This document shows, piece by piece, positions 1 through 18,042 of a DNA stretch of 64,000 bases. The DNA lies in contig CM102288.1 in NCBI GenBank assembly GCA_046563655.1, positions 1,860,001 through 1,924,000 of the forward strand, read 5' to 3'. A model generated the notes under the pieces. It was given only the letters and a program-made list of their open reading frames with translations. It was not told the DNA's origin and ran no database searches. Within the stretch, counting starts at the first letter, position 1; each line of letters opens with the position of its first letter. The DNA is from Yuukianura sp. NJ FZ-2021 (taxonomy: Eukaryota). A program made the translations under genes and the position numbers.

Positions 1-85
1 GCAATTGATCTCCAATTTCCGACTGCGATATATTATATGGAGTAACTTTGTTGTCTTACGTCGTAGATAACGACATATATACATA

Positions 86-306
86 TCCTGAATCAGGAGG
101 ACAAGCCCGTTCCAACGATATGCGACTTGCATGGGGTCGTCATAGGATGACATGGTGACCTTTGACCCCCCATTACCCGTGACCTATCGTTTCTAAGAGT
201 CTGAAAATTTGCAAATATGATCCCAGTATTGAACCTAACAACTGGTAAAAATTTCATTCGAATACCACCGGGACAACTTTCTTATGGACTTTGGGCCATC
301 TCCTTT
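86..306. repeat. Dispersed repeat fragment related to the arm of the palindromic element at 48475-49256
   Basis: CTGAATCAGGAGGACAAG...GGGGTCGTCATAGGATGACATGGTGACCTTTG aligns by eye with CTGAATCAGGAGGTCAAC...GGGGTGTTGTCATAGGATGACCTCGTGACCTTTG at about 49038-49113. Boundaries are approximate. Confidence 0.55.
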
Positions 307-1782
307 ACTAACTAGGAGGAGGTATTGTGCATGCCTGGTTGATAAAATTTTCCTTTTGTTCTGTGTTTTATGTAATAGTCTTACCTAACTAATACTTCCA
401 AGTATTATACTTGAAAGTGGATTTATGGAACAGAGTTTGTCCTTAAGCTTCTCCTAACCTACGTAGCATATTTTAGAATAGAGTGACTAGAAGGTTTAGT
501 TAGGTTTAGTTTTTGTTAGGTTGAGGCTATAACATTGCTAATGTTGTTGGGGAAGTGTGTATCCATGTTTATACTTTGGCAAAAGTCGACCTTGATTTTT
601 TTTTTTGCTAAACTAAATGCTTCTCTCTAGTGCGACTGTTTGTGTTTTGTGTAGTCAGTTTCTATGTGCTAAAAAGCACTTGACGACTATATTCAGTCAG
701 TAGAGAGAGAAGGGCACGGGCACTAAAAAGTTTTTTTTTGGAAGAGTTATACCATAGTTTAGTAAAAGAGTCTAAAAAGTAGGATTCTATCATTGATTGA
801 ACTGTAGGGAAAGCAAAGTTGTTGGGCTGCTTAAAAGTAGTATAGGTTAGGTTTTATGTGCAAGAGTGTTTACTGGGGAAGGAGGTGGGTGCTTTAGAAG
901 GTTGTTCATTTAAGCTTGTTGCTTCTGCTCTTCCAGTTCCTTTGGACATCCAGTGGAGACCGGTGATTCGGAAATTTAAGTGTAATTCATCTCTGAAGCC
1001 GACGAGAGGATTTGATCAAATAGCGCTGGAAGGAGCAGCAGCGCTGGAACTGGAACAAATCTTCTCGCCTTACTTTTTTTTTTCTCTGAGTAGTTGGTGT
1101 CGTTCTTTGTACTTTTGGTTAAGGTCGTGGTCTTTTCCATCTCCTCCAGTTTCACTTTGGCCAAAGTTGTTCTTGTCCTTGTGGTTTTTTGTTATCGACC
1201 TTGTTTTGACCGTGTCTCACAACGTCAGCAACGAACCAGCGTTTCAATTGATTCCACGTATGTGGAACTAATCTTGGTGGGATAGAGCAGGAACGCTGAA
1301 AACGCTTGAGAGAGGCAACGAATTTGAAAATTTCAAAGTGAAATTGAGAAGATTGAATTTTAGAAGAAATTTTAAAAAACGATTGTTGAAGATGCTGATG
1401 AAATATAAAAGGTTTAAGCAGGAAACGAGCAGCGGGTTGGAAGGGAAAGTAAGTTCAAATTCAAAATGGGTTTCAAATTTTTTGATTTTTTTTTTGAAAA
1501 ACGAGAAATGAGAATCAATGGCAGGGTCACATACGTTATGCGTGTAGACGTTAAGCTAGTTTGACCTTGGAGAGTATGAAATTCGAAAACAAGGTCAAGA
1601 GTAGCGTTGTTTTCGTCAACACTCCAGAAGAGATTGAGGATCGATTTTGTTTTGTCTGATGGGAGAAATTAAATTTTACGTTAGAAAATGGTATAATGGA
1701 CTCCACGTTTTTGTTTAATTTGGATAGACTCTTTATTGGCACTAATTTACTAATGAAATTTTAATTACTTTGTGAATTATAG

Positions 1783-5437
<3,655 letters not shown>

Positions 5438-7779
5438 ATTTTTAACTTTTTAAAGAAGTTTTTAAGGTTTGATGACGATGGCGCAAGGTTTGAAACCTAA
5501 AGATTTTGATTATGGGACGAAACGGAGGAAAGATTGCAATTTAGAATGAAAAATTTAGATTTTTTTAATGTGCGGAAGAATTAAGTTTTGAATTTTAAAA
5601 TTAGGGTTTAAAATACCCATTTCTTCGCTTATTTTGTTTTTGACAATGCCGGTCATGCCAATTCTAAAATATCAAATTTTGGTTTTGTAAGTTTTTGAAT
5701 GTTGTTTTGAAACAGAGACACTTCCGCACAAGAAATTGTTCGTATAGTAAAAACGTAGGGTTAAGTTTACGCATGAATTGAATTGGAGTGCAATGCTAAA
5801 GAATTTAATGAGTTGTGAATCGGAAAGTATTGTACATACGATTGTAAACAAAAAATTAAGTGTTTAACTTTAATTATTAATTAGGTAATTCGATTAAAAT
5901 TGTCCACTCAAATACACAGATTGTTCAGGGAAAGTTAATTTTCAGTAGCATTTGCTACTGTGCGCGCAGAAGAAAATTTCAATCAAGAGAAATGATGAGA
6001 ATTTGAAAGAAGTGGAGCTTTAACAAAAAATTTCATCCGCTATTTACGTAATTTTAGTCAACTTTTATTGTTTTTTGTTTGTAAAATTTTAAAATCATTG
6101 TTGTTAAAGTCAAAATTTTCAGTTCATTTGTTGTCTTCAATGTTAATTACAAGTATAATTAGCAATTTAAAATTTAATCAAAGTGTCAGGTCATAGCCAT
6201 AATGTTTTGGTAGTGTTAGAGAGCTTCTTTTTGCGTGAATGTTCAGTATATGCCAGGAAATACGGTAAAAAATTTATAGTAACAGGGTCTCTGCTACTTG
6301 TGTACCTTTTTAATTAGGATTTCATTAATTAATTTCCGAAAAACTTTTTTTTTGGACTCGTTTGATCCGATTTTGCGTTTTGTTTATTAAGTTTGACACT
6401 TGAGACGAAATGTAAACTAATACTTGATATTTAGTGTGAAAAATGCTTATTTAATTAACAATTAATGTTTTATTTAATGTTAAAAAGTCTTGATTAATAA
6501 TTAGTAGATAGGTTTGCTTATTGTTATTTTGTAAAGGGATTGTGTAAAATAGAGGTTTGTGATTGGAGGAGACTCGGGGAAGAAAGTAGTTTTGTAAAGT
6601 TTAGTGTGGGACGAAAGCCAACTTAGCTTAATTAATAATTGAGAATTGTGTTTTTAGAAAAGCTGAAAAGTTTTGTCTACTGGCTGGTGGAGAAAGTTGA
6701 AATTTTGAAAAGGAGAAGGTTTATTTTTAACGCATTTCTGATGATTCTGTGGTTTGAGATGAATTTTGAGCTCAAAATGGAATACCTATGTCCTTATGTT
6801 TTATTAATGTTATTCAAAGTACTAAAAATTATAGTCCTCATCAGTTTTTGTGTCTAAAACTCGAAGAGTAGAAAGTTTAGAGCGAAGGAAACAGGCGTAA
6901 GTTCAAGTTAATAAAATTTATTCCAAAAAATTGCAAAAGATTCAAAAAAAAATTTTAAAAATGGTTTAGGAGCTCTTAGAAAAGAATCTGAAAAGTTTGA
7001 ATGCTGAAAGTAATCTGTACGAAATGCGGGTTTTTAGGCAAAGATTCCGATGTAACACGAATGTGAACTGGAATGTGGATTCGGAGTGTCCCACTTGCAG
7101 AAAATGCCCGGGTTTTCTGCGTTGATTTCTCAAGAGGGCTTTAACCTTTCTCCTCTCTTTCTCCAGTACGAAGTTGACGGAGAGAGTAAAAGCTATTGTG
7201 ATAGTATTCAAATCTAGACCTGTCACATACTTAAACCAAGACAGGTTGTGGGCATAGTTCAATTTCTTTGAAAAATTACGAATAATTGACTCCACAGACG
7301 AATTTTTGTAGATTTAGAAAGTAAGATTGCGGAATAACTTGAGATAACTACATCTGTACTAGCGTATTATGTGTTAGTTCCTTGTGGTGTTTGAATTTTG
7401 TGGTGAAAGTGTTTGGTAAACAAAAGATTTTGGGAAGAGGAAGTAACTTTCACTTGGAAGAGAAAGCAGAGAGGGAGACTGAAATCGATCTTCTTCCGTA
7501 TACCGAAGTGCGTTTTGGATTCCTGTTTACGGTAACCCGGTTTTTCAGCATTCAGGATTCCCATCATCGAATCTCCGAGTTTAAAAGTGAAAGTCCACTT
7601 TTAAGTCGCGATTGTTCAGTAAAATTTTAAAAATTAAACACGGATTATTTCTACATTTTGAAACATATTGCTCAAGACTTTGAAAATGAGGATGTTGTCT
7701 CACGGTGATAAGGGCGGAGGTCAACAGTGGATTTTCAGCTGCGTGTAGAAGTAGTTAGGCGGAGAAAGTTGCAGTGAAA

Positions 7780-10700
7780 ATGGAACTAAGCGTGAGAAAG
7801 TTCTGGAGGGGTCAATGCCCGGTGTTGCTGCTGTGCACTGCGGCATGTCTCAATTATGCTGTAGCTCAGCAGCGGAGTGCAACAAATCCTGTGGGTAAGT
7901 TCCGTTTCACAGTTTCAATTTCCAAAAAAAGGTCAAAGGTCATGTTCACACACATAACAACGCAATGTCATTAAAAATATTGAAGATTTTTATCTCGGAA
8001 CTAACTAAGGAGATGACATTACACATCTTTACCAAAATTTCATAAAATTTTGAACGGCATTGTTTGAAAACCATTTTTAATCAAATTTTTAGGTGAACTG
8101 ACTCCAATTAACGTGAACAGCGATTCGTGCAACAAAACAGTGGAGATTTACAGAGAAATTTCCAATCCACCAGTTACGGCTGAAAATCGCTTCAAGCCAC
8201 TGATTTGTCACTATCGCTTCAGACCCTTCAGAACGACCCTGAGAGACTGGGTTCTACGCATTAGAATAACAAGGTTCAAAGTAGGGAGACTTATCAACGA
8301 TACCCACTGCGAAAACGCTTACTTCCAAGTAAGTTACATTTTCAAATTTAAGAAAAATCGAAATTTCGAAAAATGTTGCTTGTTTTTCCAATTTCTCTTC
8401 ACGGAGAAAGTTGGAGTTGTTTGTTTTTGAATTTTCAAATGTTTCCGCAGATTATCGATGGGAATGGAAAATCAGGAGTAAATCATCATGGAAGAGAACC
8501 TGGAAAGTTCTGCGGTAAAGAGATTGGGCAATTTGTTTAGAGTGGGAAAGTTTGAACTAAAATTTTTAAATTTTGCATTTTGGTTTCTTTGCAGGAGAAA
8601 TTGAGCAAGCGCAAACGTTTATCTCTGAGACGAGTTCTGTTCGCATTGTATTTTCCGTCGAAAATTACACTGAACAGACCTACTTCAAGTACGAAAGGAA
8701 AACGATTGATTAACGTTAGGGTTTAGTTGAATGGCTAATTTAAAATTGCTAAATTGCATTAGGTTCGATACGAAGGCGGAGCAGCAGTACGAAGTTTACT
8801 TGCGGTATGGACAGCATCCAGAACTTTATCCGAACCGTCGTGGGGAAGTTCCGAATTCGTACTGCGATAGAATTTTCAGAGATTGCAGAATGCAGAGTAA
8901 GGTCAATACAAAAATTAAAAATTAACTTGATGTAAATAATTTTTTCCATTGAAAATTCAGCTTGCTATGTCCAGTCGCCAGGTAAAACAATTTTTGACAT
9001 GACCTATGATCTTGCACTCAAAAGTAGTTGCGTTGATCAACCGACATGTTTTTTCACCCTGGCCTTTTCACCTTTTTTCATTAGCCTACCCTGGTATTTA
9101 TCCGCGTAATCTGCATTGTCGTATCAAAATCAGCACTAAACAGCCGTTTACGAAGCTCCACCTACAAAATGAAGACTTCAACGTCGATGGCCAACGATGC
9201 GAGAATCTCATGCTGTGTCCGATGGTAAGGATATAAAATTCACATAAAATGAATTAATTTAAGCCAAAATTCAACTTATTCAACTAATTGATTCCGTAGA
9301 AAGCAATTGGTTCCAACTGTCCGCACGACTACCTCAAAATTTACGACGGAAAAGACGAAAACAGTCCGGTCATCGGGAAATTCTGCGGAATAGGTTTAAC
9401 GCCGATTAAAAAATAGAATGATTCAAGGAGCGAAAATTTACTTAAAACTAAAGTTTGTTGTTACATCTACATGCCAAATTTGCTCTTGGTTTAGGAAAGT
9501 TTCCGTTCGACATTTCCGGTTCCGGTTCGGAACTGTTCGTGGAATTCGTCACTGCTCCCGCTGGTCCACTACTCAGCACTGGATTCCATTTTAACGTGGC
9601 TCACTTACCGGAACATGTCTACAACACGGGTGAACGAAACGGAAGTTGCGATTGGATTTACCGAAGGTAGGACATTCTGTAGTAATAATTGCCATTGTCG
9701 ATGTACCGACATGCAGTTCCAAATTTTTGCGTTTTTTTCGAATTACGCAGTACTGCTTTAGCGGATTCGGGTGACAAGCAAGGACTACTCTGGTCCGTAG
9801 CCCACTGGTACGTTCCGAACACCGTCTGTACATACTTAATGCTTGGACAACCAAACGAAATCGTTCGTCTCTACTTTGCATCATTTCGAATCGATCCAAT
9901 TGAATCACCAATTCAACAGTGGGAAGAAGACTGCGGAGAGTCCCTGACAATCTACGACTCTAACTGGGCCGATGACTCCAAAATAATCAAAACGTTTTGT
10001 GACACGTTTTCCAAACCAATGGAAAATCAAGACTTCGTGTCAACCGGAAACGCTCTGTTCGTTCGTTTCGAAAGCAAGACAGGAAGTTATGATGGATCCA
10101 GCTTATACTACTGGGCTCACTACGACTTCTTCAATAACACACATTCTGGACAACCTGTTCCCGGAACGTCTTGTGACGAAATATTCAGCAGTTGGAATAC
10201 CCCTGCCGGAAAATTTTCATCACCATCGAATACGCTCCTTTATAAAACATCAACGAAACCGATCATGTGTTTGTACCGTTTCGTGTCGGCGAAACGACTC
10301 TTTGCCCGTGTCTTCATCAGTATCACAGCGATTAACTTCAAGTATAACCAAGAGCTGTGTCTTGGTAACTGCTGGGTGGATCGTGTCGACAAAGTAAGCA
10401 AAGGTCATTGACCCTTGACCCCCTTAAATCACATACCAACTAAAGTCAGAATATTACCAAAGTTCGAGTCAGACAGACTTAATTAATAGGTTCACATTTT
10501 TTGAAAATTCAAGAGTCAATTGATGAAAGCCATACCGAGAAACTACGCAGACATGCGAAACCGGTTTCGTTTTTTCATACCAACAAAACCGGCTTCCGTG
10601 GGTGTCATATTTCTCAAGGTCAAAAAACCCCATAAACACTTTTATTTATATTCAAAATTGCCTTAAAAAGATACAAAGGTCAAGCAAATTTAACATTGAC

Positions 10701-12426
10701 AAGAATTCGGCTAATTATCGGTTTTGAATTAAAATCAAAGGGGCGTTACCTTTTTCAGACAAAATACACCGGAAACAGGCCTTCTTCTTTCCCATCAGCG
10801 TTGATTTTACCAACAATTAATCAAAATCAGCTTTCACAATGATCTCAGATCGTTTATAAAAAATTTTCTGGAAGACACATTTGGAAAGCTGGGTTTGAAA
10901 TTTTTGGAAATTTTGAAATGCCGGCTGTTTGCTGGTCTTCCCGACCGGTCACCACGTCTGTTTTCAAAATTTACTGAAAAACCGGCCAAAGTTCAGTCCG
11001 AAGTTAAAGTTGCGGTTAAGTCCAGCCACGACAGACTTAATTAATCCAGAAGTGCGTAAATTACAATTAATTGAAGAAAGAGAGGGCGTAAACCGATGGT
11101 TGAATAGCCGAAGTACTCTGGTAGGGAAGTAGAATAGGAATGAATTGGGTTTTGTAATGGTCTGGTCATGCCTGGCCATGCCATCGGCCCATCCCAGTTT
11201 TTTTTCCTCCTCCTTGGCCCCGTCCTACTTCCTACACATTCCAATCCACGTTGGAGCAATTGAATTGAAACATGCCAACATAACATGTTAAGTTTTACGG
11301 TATCATTGGTATGCCTGACCTCTTGTAATGTGTCAATTCTTTTTGTTCTGTGTCTTAGGTGACCCTGGTTGACAGCAGTGTCAAGACGTCCAACGCCACT
11401 CGGATCTGTATCTGCAAAGAGACACTCAATAGTCTGCCACTTCCCATAAGCTTGATTTCGCATGGAGAAGAGGCAGAGGTCACGCTTAAAATTGACAATC
11501 GACATGCGCTGAGCAACTACTTCAAGTCGACAGTGCCAATTTTTGAAGGGACTTATCAATTTTTTCATCCTCCGCTATGTGGACTTACTGAACTTGGCCC
11601 AACGAGTGACGGCAAATTGAAATTTCCGTTCTACTACAACCCGACGCTTCGCGATCAACCGATTTCATGTCTCTGGGAACTTCGGTAAAAAAATTTCAAA
11701 ATGACCTTTGACCTTGACCAGATTTTTCACTGAAATTGTTGTTTTGAATCCAGGGTTCATCCAGACAAAGATGTATGGGTACACTTCAAATTACTGTTTT
11801 CGTCAACAGCCAAGTCCTGCGCCGACGCCAAACTGGAATTCTACTTACCAACGGCCCCTTCCAGCCCAAATCCCAACACCGTTCCGAATCAGCACTTTCA
11901 TCAGTTCCAGGCCCACCGCCAAAATCAACCACTGCTGACACTATGTGCTGATTCAAGCATGGGAGACCGACATGAAATTTCTTCCCAACTTCCAATAATT
12001 TCGTCTTCGAGACTTCAGCAAGGTGGTCCATTGACAATACGTCTAGATGCTGCAGCAGCATCCAAGGTCACTTTTCTCATTTCCTGGACAGAATTGGTTC
12101 AGCTTCCACAGGGATCTCGGTTAGAGCAGAAAGATGGCTTCGTTTGTCCTGGACCTGAAGGATTGTTGATAGAACCTGAGTTGGTTTGTAACGGAGTCAT
12201 CAATTGTCCAATTGCTAATGGTTCTGCAGAACACCAAGAGCATGACGAAAATGACCTGAAGTGCAAAATTTCATCTACGAGGTTCTTGGTGCTCAACTTG
12301 AGCGTCAATATTAGCTGGGTCACGGCAGCAGTTGCTGGAGGTTTCGGAGCTCTTCTGTTCTGCTTGTGCTGCGTATTGGTTTGTAGATGCTGCAGAAGGA
12401 AAGAAACTGACTTGATTGAATACTGA
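7780..12426 (+). CDS. Multi-CUB-domain, LDLa-like, single-pass type I membrane protein (multi-exon)
   Basis: Signal peptide ([15 protein letters not shown]) and repeated CUB motifs ([49 protein letters not shown]...TFCD...LFVRFES). An LDLa-like FVCPG...[10 protein letters not shown]...DE segment precedes a TM helix and a short Cys/basic tail. Confidence 0.85.
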
Positions 12427-12516
12427 GGAAACGATTGGATAGAAACGAAAAGACAAAGCACTGCCAACAAGTTCATTGAGATTTCAGTATAACAATTCAT
12501 ATAGAATTAGATTTGC

Positions 12517-15376
12517 TTAGGTTTTAAAGAAATGGAGGCAGATTACTAGGAAATAGACAATTTTACAATTAGTGAACTCAAAGAGCCGAAGTTCGCTCCA
12601 TTGTAGATACATTAGAGACGTGCGTTTCGTCCTTCTGCACGGGAGGTTCTCTTTTGGCTCGCTGTCGAAATTTGAGCAGTATGAATCTGGCTGGAAAGAG
12701 AATCGCTGAAAATAAACAACCATTTTGAACATTGGCGAAGGATTCCTCAACATAATGAAAACTTTTGGGATTTGCTTTCTTACGTCGTAGAAAAATGTAT
12801 TTTTCATGAATGGCGTTGATAACTTCCCATTTGAAGACGAAAATGACGAAAATTGCTATGGGTTGAAGGATGTTGGCAGAATCGAAGATTTGGATGTACC
12901 AAGTAATGTGAGCTCCAGAAAAAGTAACTGAAATTGCAATTAATTACAAGTCACGGTGTTCAATTACTGAAAAACTTTTTCCTTTCAAAAATTTGGAGAT
13001 ACTTACAACTGTGACCAAAAATCCAAGACGTAGCGTTGATTTTTTAAAAAATTGCCAACAAATTAGTTTCCAATATTACATTCTTCTAATTCTTTTTTTA
13101 CCTCAGTAATTCAGTAAGCCATAAAATGCCACAAACCAGAAACAGTTTCACGAAAAGAAGAAAACTGAAATGTAGAAAAAAAATAGTCAAAAATCAAAAT
13201 TGTCAAAAATCTTCTTTCGAATTCCATTTTGAAACAAAACGGACGATTGTCTCTCTTGATTCATCTGCTGGGTAGCCATTTTTGTACTGAGCTGAAACCG
13301 ATAAAGTGTGATAGAGGTCCAGCAAAATAGTGACATGTTGAGAATAAACATGATAGCCGTTGGACCATAAACGAACTCCCAGAGCGCATGTCTTGCAACA
13401 TAACAAAACAATTCTGGAAAAATCCAAAAACGGAGGTAATCCAGTAGCATCACAGATACAAAAGATTTTTTGAAAGTTTCAAAAGAGTCGCTTTTGAACG
13501 TACCTCCATACAATGGCACTGGAACTTCGCTATCGTCATCATATCTAAACTTTTGTTCCAGTCCCCATGAAATTGCTACCACGATTCCTGGAAATGTCCA
13601 GCCAACGACCGAGTAAAGACAAAATCGCTTCACTCCCCTTCCAGCTCTGGCGAGCGGTGCTGAAATGGATTTGAACGTCAACCACAAATCAACGGAGAGG
13701 AGGAGGAGCCAGCAGAAGTTTGCCAAAAAGAAGTAATGTGCCAGAGTTGCTGGAAAAAAAAAACAAATATGGCATGTTAATTTTCAAAAACACTCAAAAA
13801 TCGGTTAAAACCGAGCTTACCAACAGCAGTACAAGCTTGTGTCACATGGAATTCTGTGTGTTCTTTTGTAATATGCGCGATGCCCAGGAATATAAAACAG
13901 AAGAAAACAGCAATGGAGTGAGACATGAGGGTCCAGCCATGAACGTTTTGCTTGTCAAACAACAGTGCATACGAGATTGCAGTTAGCAGGGCAAAATGGC
14001 TACTCAAAATGGCCAATGCACCGTACAATCCCGAACTTTGCGCTTCCACCATTTCAGTCTACAAAACAAAACGAAAGAAAATCAGTACTTTGCGAGATAA
14101 ACATTATACGATTTCTATCTGAACAGACGGACAGGCAGACAGACATAAACCACATATAAAGTAGCTTTCGCCACATAATAATTCACCAACGAAAAGTGTT
14201 TTTTCAAAAATATAGTATTTGAGTTTTGTACTTACAACTTCGGAAGTACATGTGAAGACAATGGTGGCCGCGGGATTCGTGACATTGGTTCCAGGGAAGT
14301 CGACACCAGAGAGACAATGCTGATTGTCCACAAGTTCAACCCACTTTCGAAATGTGTTTCTGTATTTTGGCGAACCGTGGGAATCCAAACGGAAACTATA
14401 ATTTGAATCAAATTGTTTACGTTTTCGGAAACTTTTTGAAAATTTTTGAATCTTACTTGGCGAATTGAACCATGCCCCCGAGTTCGCTTACTACATCAAG
14501 ATCTTCGTTAATGAAAGCATGAATCCCATTATCACAAACTTGTTTGAGAAAGTCCAGGGAACGATAAAAATAACGTGGTTGCAGTAGGCGCAACTCTTCG
14601 TCGCTGAAACCAGTGGTCTGGTCAGCAACATTTCTGCGTGATTTCCAAAAAATTACTAATTAACATCGATTAATTAACATTTTTAGAGTCAATTTCTATT
14701 GTTTTATACTATACCTGTAGATCATCGGTTTCCATTTGCGTGGAATACATTTTATGCGTTCCCCCAGTACGAGCTGTAGCACTGTTCCAAGTGGACAGCA
14801 TAGACGAATGCACGGTTCAGTTCCAATACATTGTGCTTCGCAGTATTTGAGAACAATTGAAGAATGGGTAATTGCATTAATGCAGTATTGGTCCACATTT
14901 AAATATTTTGCATTCTCCGAACCGTTCCGAATTGTCAAGTATCCGTCAAAGGTGAATTCCATTTCCGGCGGCTTCGATTCCAGAGACAGCTCGTGCAGTA
15001 TTGGTTTCAGGGAGGAAGAATGGCGACATTTGACATCTTTTTCAACCCACCTTCAAAATTTCGAAACAAAAACGAAAAATATTGTCAATGTCAACATTAC
15101 GTAAACGAAACGAATGTTTTGTAATTTTAAAGTTTCAGATAAATCTTACTGGCTGTCTTGCATCAGGCCCAATCGCTGACCAACGTTCCACGGAATCGTT
15201 CTTGGTACTCTAGAAGTGTCTGACCTGGACATTCTTTCGGAACATCTAAATCCAAAGTTGGCTGCATTTGCGACATTGTCACTGTCGACTTGACAGCACG
15301 TCGGAATTGAGACCCGCCCTTCGGCAAGGTTCAGGAGCAGCGTTGACACTATCAAAATCATCAAACTCCGCCCCAT
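12517..15376 (-). CDS. Methuselah-like (Mth) family B GPCR
   Basis: Signal peptide and Cys-rich Mth ectodomain repeats (IPTCC; QYCI...C...CIRLCCPLG; HCL...FTC). The 7TM region has QNVHG.TLM, LANFCWL, FCLYSVVGW and YGP motifs; the last exon has NILQPIAIFVIFVFK. Confidence 0.88.
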
Positions 15377-15706
15377 ACTTTCCTTCAAAAAACTTTTAAA
15401 ATGCTTAAATTTTAGGATTGCTGAACTGAAAACTGAAAAAAAAGGCCCAATTTCCGTAAGTTTAGAACAGGAAACGCACTACGCTAAAACCGCAACATCC
15501 TTTGGTATGATATGAATGTTTCCAGTTTATTAGAAACTGATGTTAGGGCATCAAAATATTACGAAGCTCAACAACAACTAAATCTGTAGGAAGTTATGAT
15601 TACTCTAACTGTTGAAAATGAACGGGAATTAATTAGCATCAGTTAGCCCTTAGGAACTTCTAATTTGAATTATGGGCTGCTAAGAACAGGGATAAATTAC
15701 CAACAA

Positions 15707-17922
15707 TTAGAAGAGCGACTGGATCGGCTGGACATTGCATAACAGTTGAACGATATTCGAATCTTGGCCAACCACGGTTACTACCAATGGAGCTTCATCG
15801 TCATTCAAAGGAAACTGTCCAGCATCTGGAATGAGTTCGTCCTCTCTACAAAAAAAAATCATATTGATTTGTAATCAATAGCTCAGCGAAAAATGACCTT
15901 TGACGTAACTTTTAAATGTTTTTGTCATAACTGTACCTTACAACAGCAACTCTGTGAATTGGTTTCACAATTACTCCAAGGCTGTTCCGATGAACATGGG
16001 CAGCAGACTGAGGATACAAATCATACGGTACATAAATACTTTTGGATTCTTTGCGACTTTGTTCAGACTCCGAGTTCTGGAACTTCCACTGATGAAGATT
16101 CGAAGTAGCAAATCTTTTGCTCCAGTTCCACGTTCCGTTTTCTCTTGCTTCGGCTCTTCCTTCTCCAAGCAAAGACTCATTAAAGAGATTAGTAGCCTCA
16201 GCGGTAGTAGTTTCTCTCCATTCTTTCCAGCATCCTCCACTTGACACATCACCCTCCAGACGAACTTTGTCCAAGATCGTGTCAATTTCGATATCATCTG
16301 CAACAGGAGTTTGATCTTGAGGACCTTTGACAAAACTGTACTCGTAGGTTCCAGAACGAGGAGAGATATTTCCTGGTAGGAAAGCGGCCGGCGGAAAAGT
16401 GATTTGAATTTTAGAATTTGGAATACATTTGGACCAAATCGGGTCGTAGTACTCGCATTCCAGTATTTCAGCTTCATTTTCAGAGTCTGACGAAACCAAA
16501 TCCACATAAACTTGTGATGGTTTTGAACTGGAAGGACCAGCTTCACCTGAAAAGTTACAAAAAATTAGTTTACATAGAAAATAGAACATAATAGAGATAA
16601 TGTGAAACTTACAAGAAAGAATTGAGTCAGAATCACTAGGAATTTCTTCGATCATAACAGCATAAAGCGACACTTCATCCACAAATTCAACGTCTGAGTC
16701 AGATTCAACGACAATGTAGGCTAAAGTAGATGAGGGGGAACCAGCAGCAGCAGCAGAAGATCCTGAATAGTGAGGTGTCGAAGGCAGAAATGCTTCGTCC
16801 ATTGATACTTGATCGCCAAATAGCGGAGCGTCATCCTCTTCAAGTACAGTCACACGAGTAGAGCCTTTAGGTTCTTTGTCAATTTCAACTTCTTCAAGAA
16901 ATTCGCAATCGCTGTCATCTTCTACAATGACGGTTTCTTTTGGCTTGTCTTTACTCTTTGAAGCAGTCGAGGTACCAGGAACGCCGGAATCTATAACGTC
17001 ATGTGGCTCTGGGTGTGAAGATTCAGCCCTCCGTTTGATTCCACGAGTATTAACTTCCGTTTCATCCATGCGTTCAGTTGTATAGTTCGTATCTTGATCC
17101 ATTGGCTTCTCTGATTGGACATCACTCACACTGTTCGAATCTTCTGGGGGATAATCCGACAGGTACTCTGGCATTCTCCTTCGGAGTCGATAGCCCACCT
17201 TTGAAAAATGCTTGTAAACGGCATAATCTGCAGCAGAACAACTCGGAATGAGTTTGGATTCCAGAAATAGTAGACGAGCACGTTCCACAGAAACTGGCAC
17301 ACCTTCAGTCAACACTTCCAACCTCCCCTGCAAATGTAATGAAACAGCTTAGTATAAAATGGGAACTCCGATCTAAAGGTAACATTGAAGTGAAGAAAAC
17401 TTTACTGTTTCCACAAGGTAAAGTGCTTCCTCTGGATGCAAATAAGTACAGTCATCCACATCAAAGCCATAAAACGCAGCGATGTTCCGGTTCCCTTTAT
17501 TATTAGTTATCAACCGAGGCCGCTTGACCGTTGGACACAACTCAGCTACGGCCATATGGTCCCTAGAGAATGCCAAAAATTTAGTGTTAGTAGTTGTTAG
17601 CCATATATGAATCGTAAATGTTAATTATGTACCGTCTTTGCATGTTTGTGCTCTTTAATAAGTCAAAAATTTCGCCCACTTCGTTCAGTTTTCCGTTCTT
17701 CTGAAACTCTTGAGGATCTGTAGCAGGGAATTCGTATTCTTCGAGTTGAGATGCTCGATAATTCAAACTTGACAATCCTTCGCCTGGATCTTCAGCCACT
17801 ACATCCGTCGCCGAAGTGTTTACGTCCAATTTCAACTTCTTCACACCTGTAGGATGAATGCTTTGGTATGAAGAAGATGGCGATTGTTGCTGCGAGCTAG
17901 TCACTTCATTGTCAATCTCCAT
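15707..17922 (-). CDS. TSEN54: tRNA-splicing endonuclease subunit Sen54-like
   Basis: YLHPEEALYLVE motif followed by GRLEV...YAVYKHFSKVGYRLRR, a long acidic insertion, and C-terminal YDLYP...P.HRVAVV / PLVVTVV segments. Confidence 0.8.
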
Positions 17923-18042
17923 TACCTCAATCCAGAAACGTATTGGCGACAATGGAAAATCGTCAGAAATTAGTAGTGTTCTTCCAGTCTTACAATCAGT
18001 GCGACGTGACCATAACAAAATCTGAAATAATACGCAAAAAAT

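Noticed and set aside
430..860. Scattered TTAGG/CCTAA motifs as telomeric repeat
   Set aside because: Too few and dispersed to form an array.
858..1285. Overlapping short ORFs upstream of FoxK
   Set aside because: Non-ATG starts and no recognisable domain. More likely FoxK leader or promoter.
6639..7630. Several 66-109-aa ORFs between FoxK and the CUB/LDLa gene
   Set aside because: AT-rich, mostly non-ATG starts, and no motifs. Consistent with UTR or intergenic sequence.
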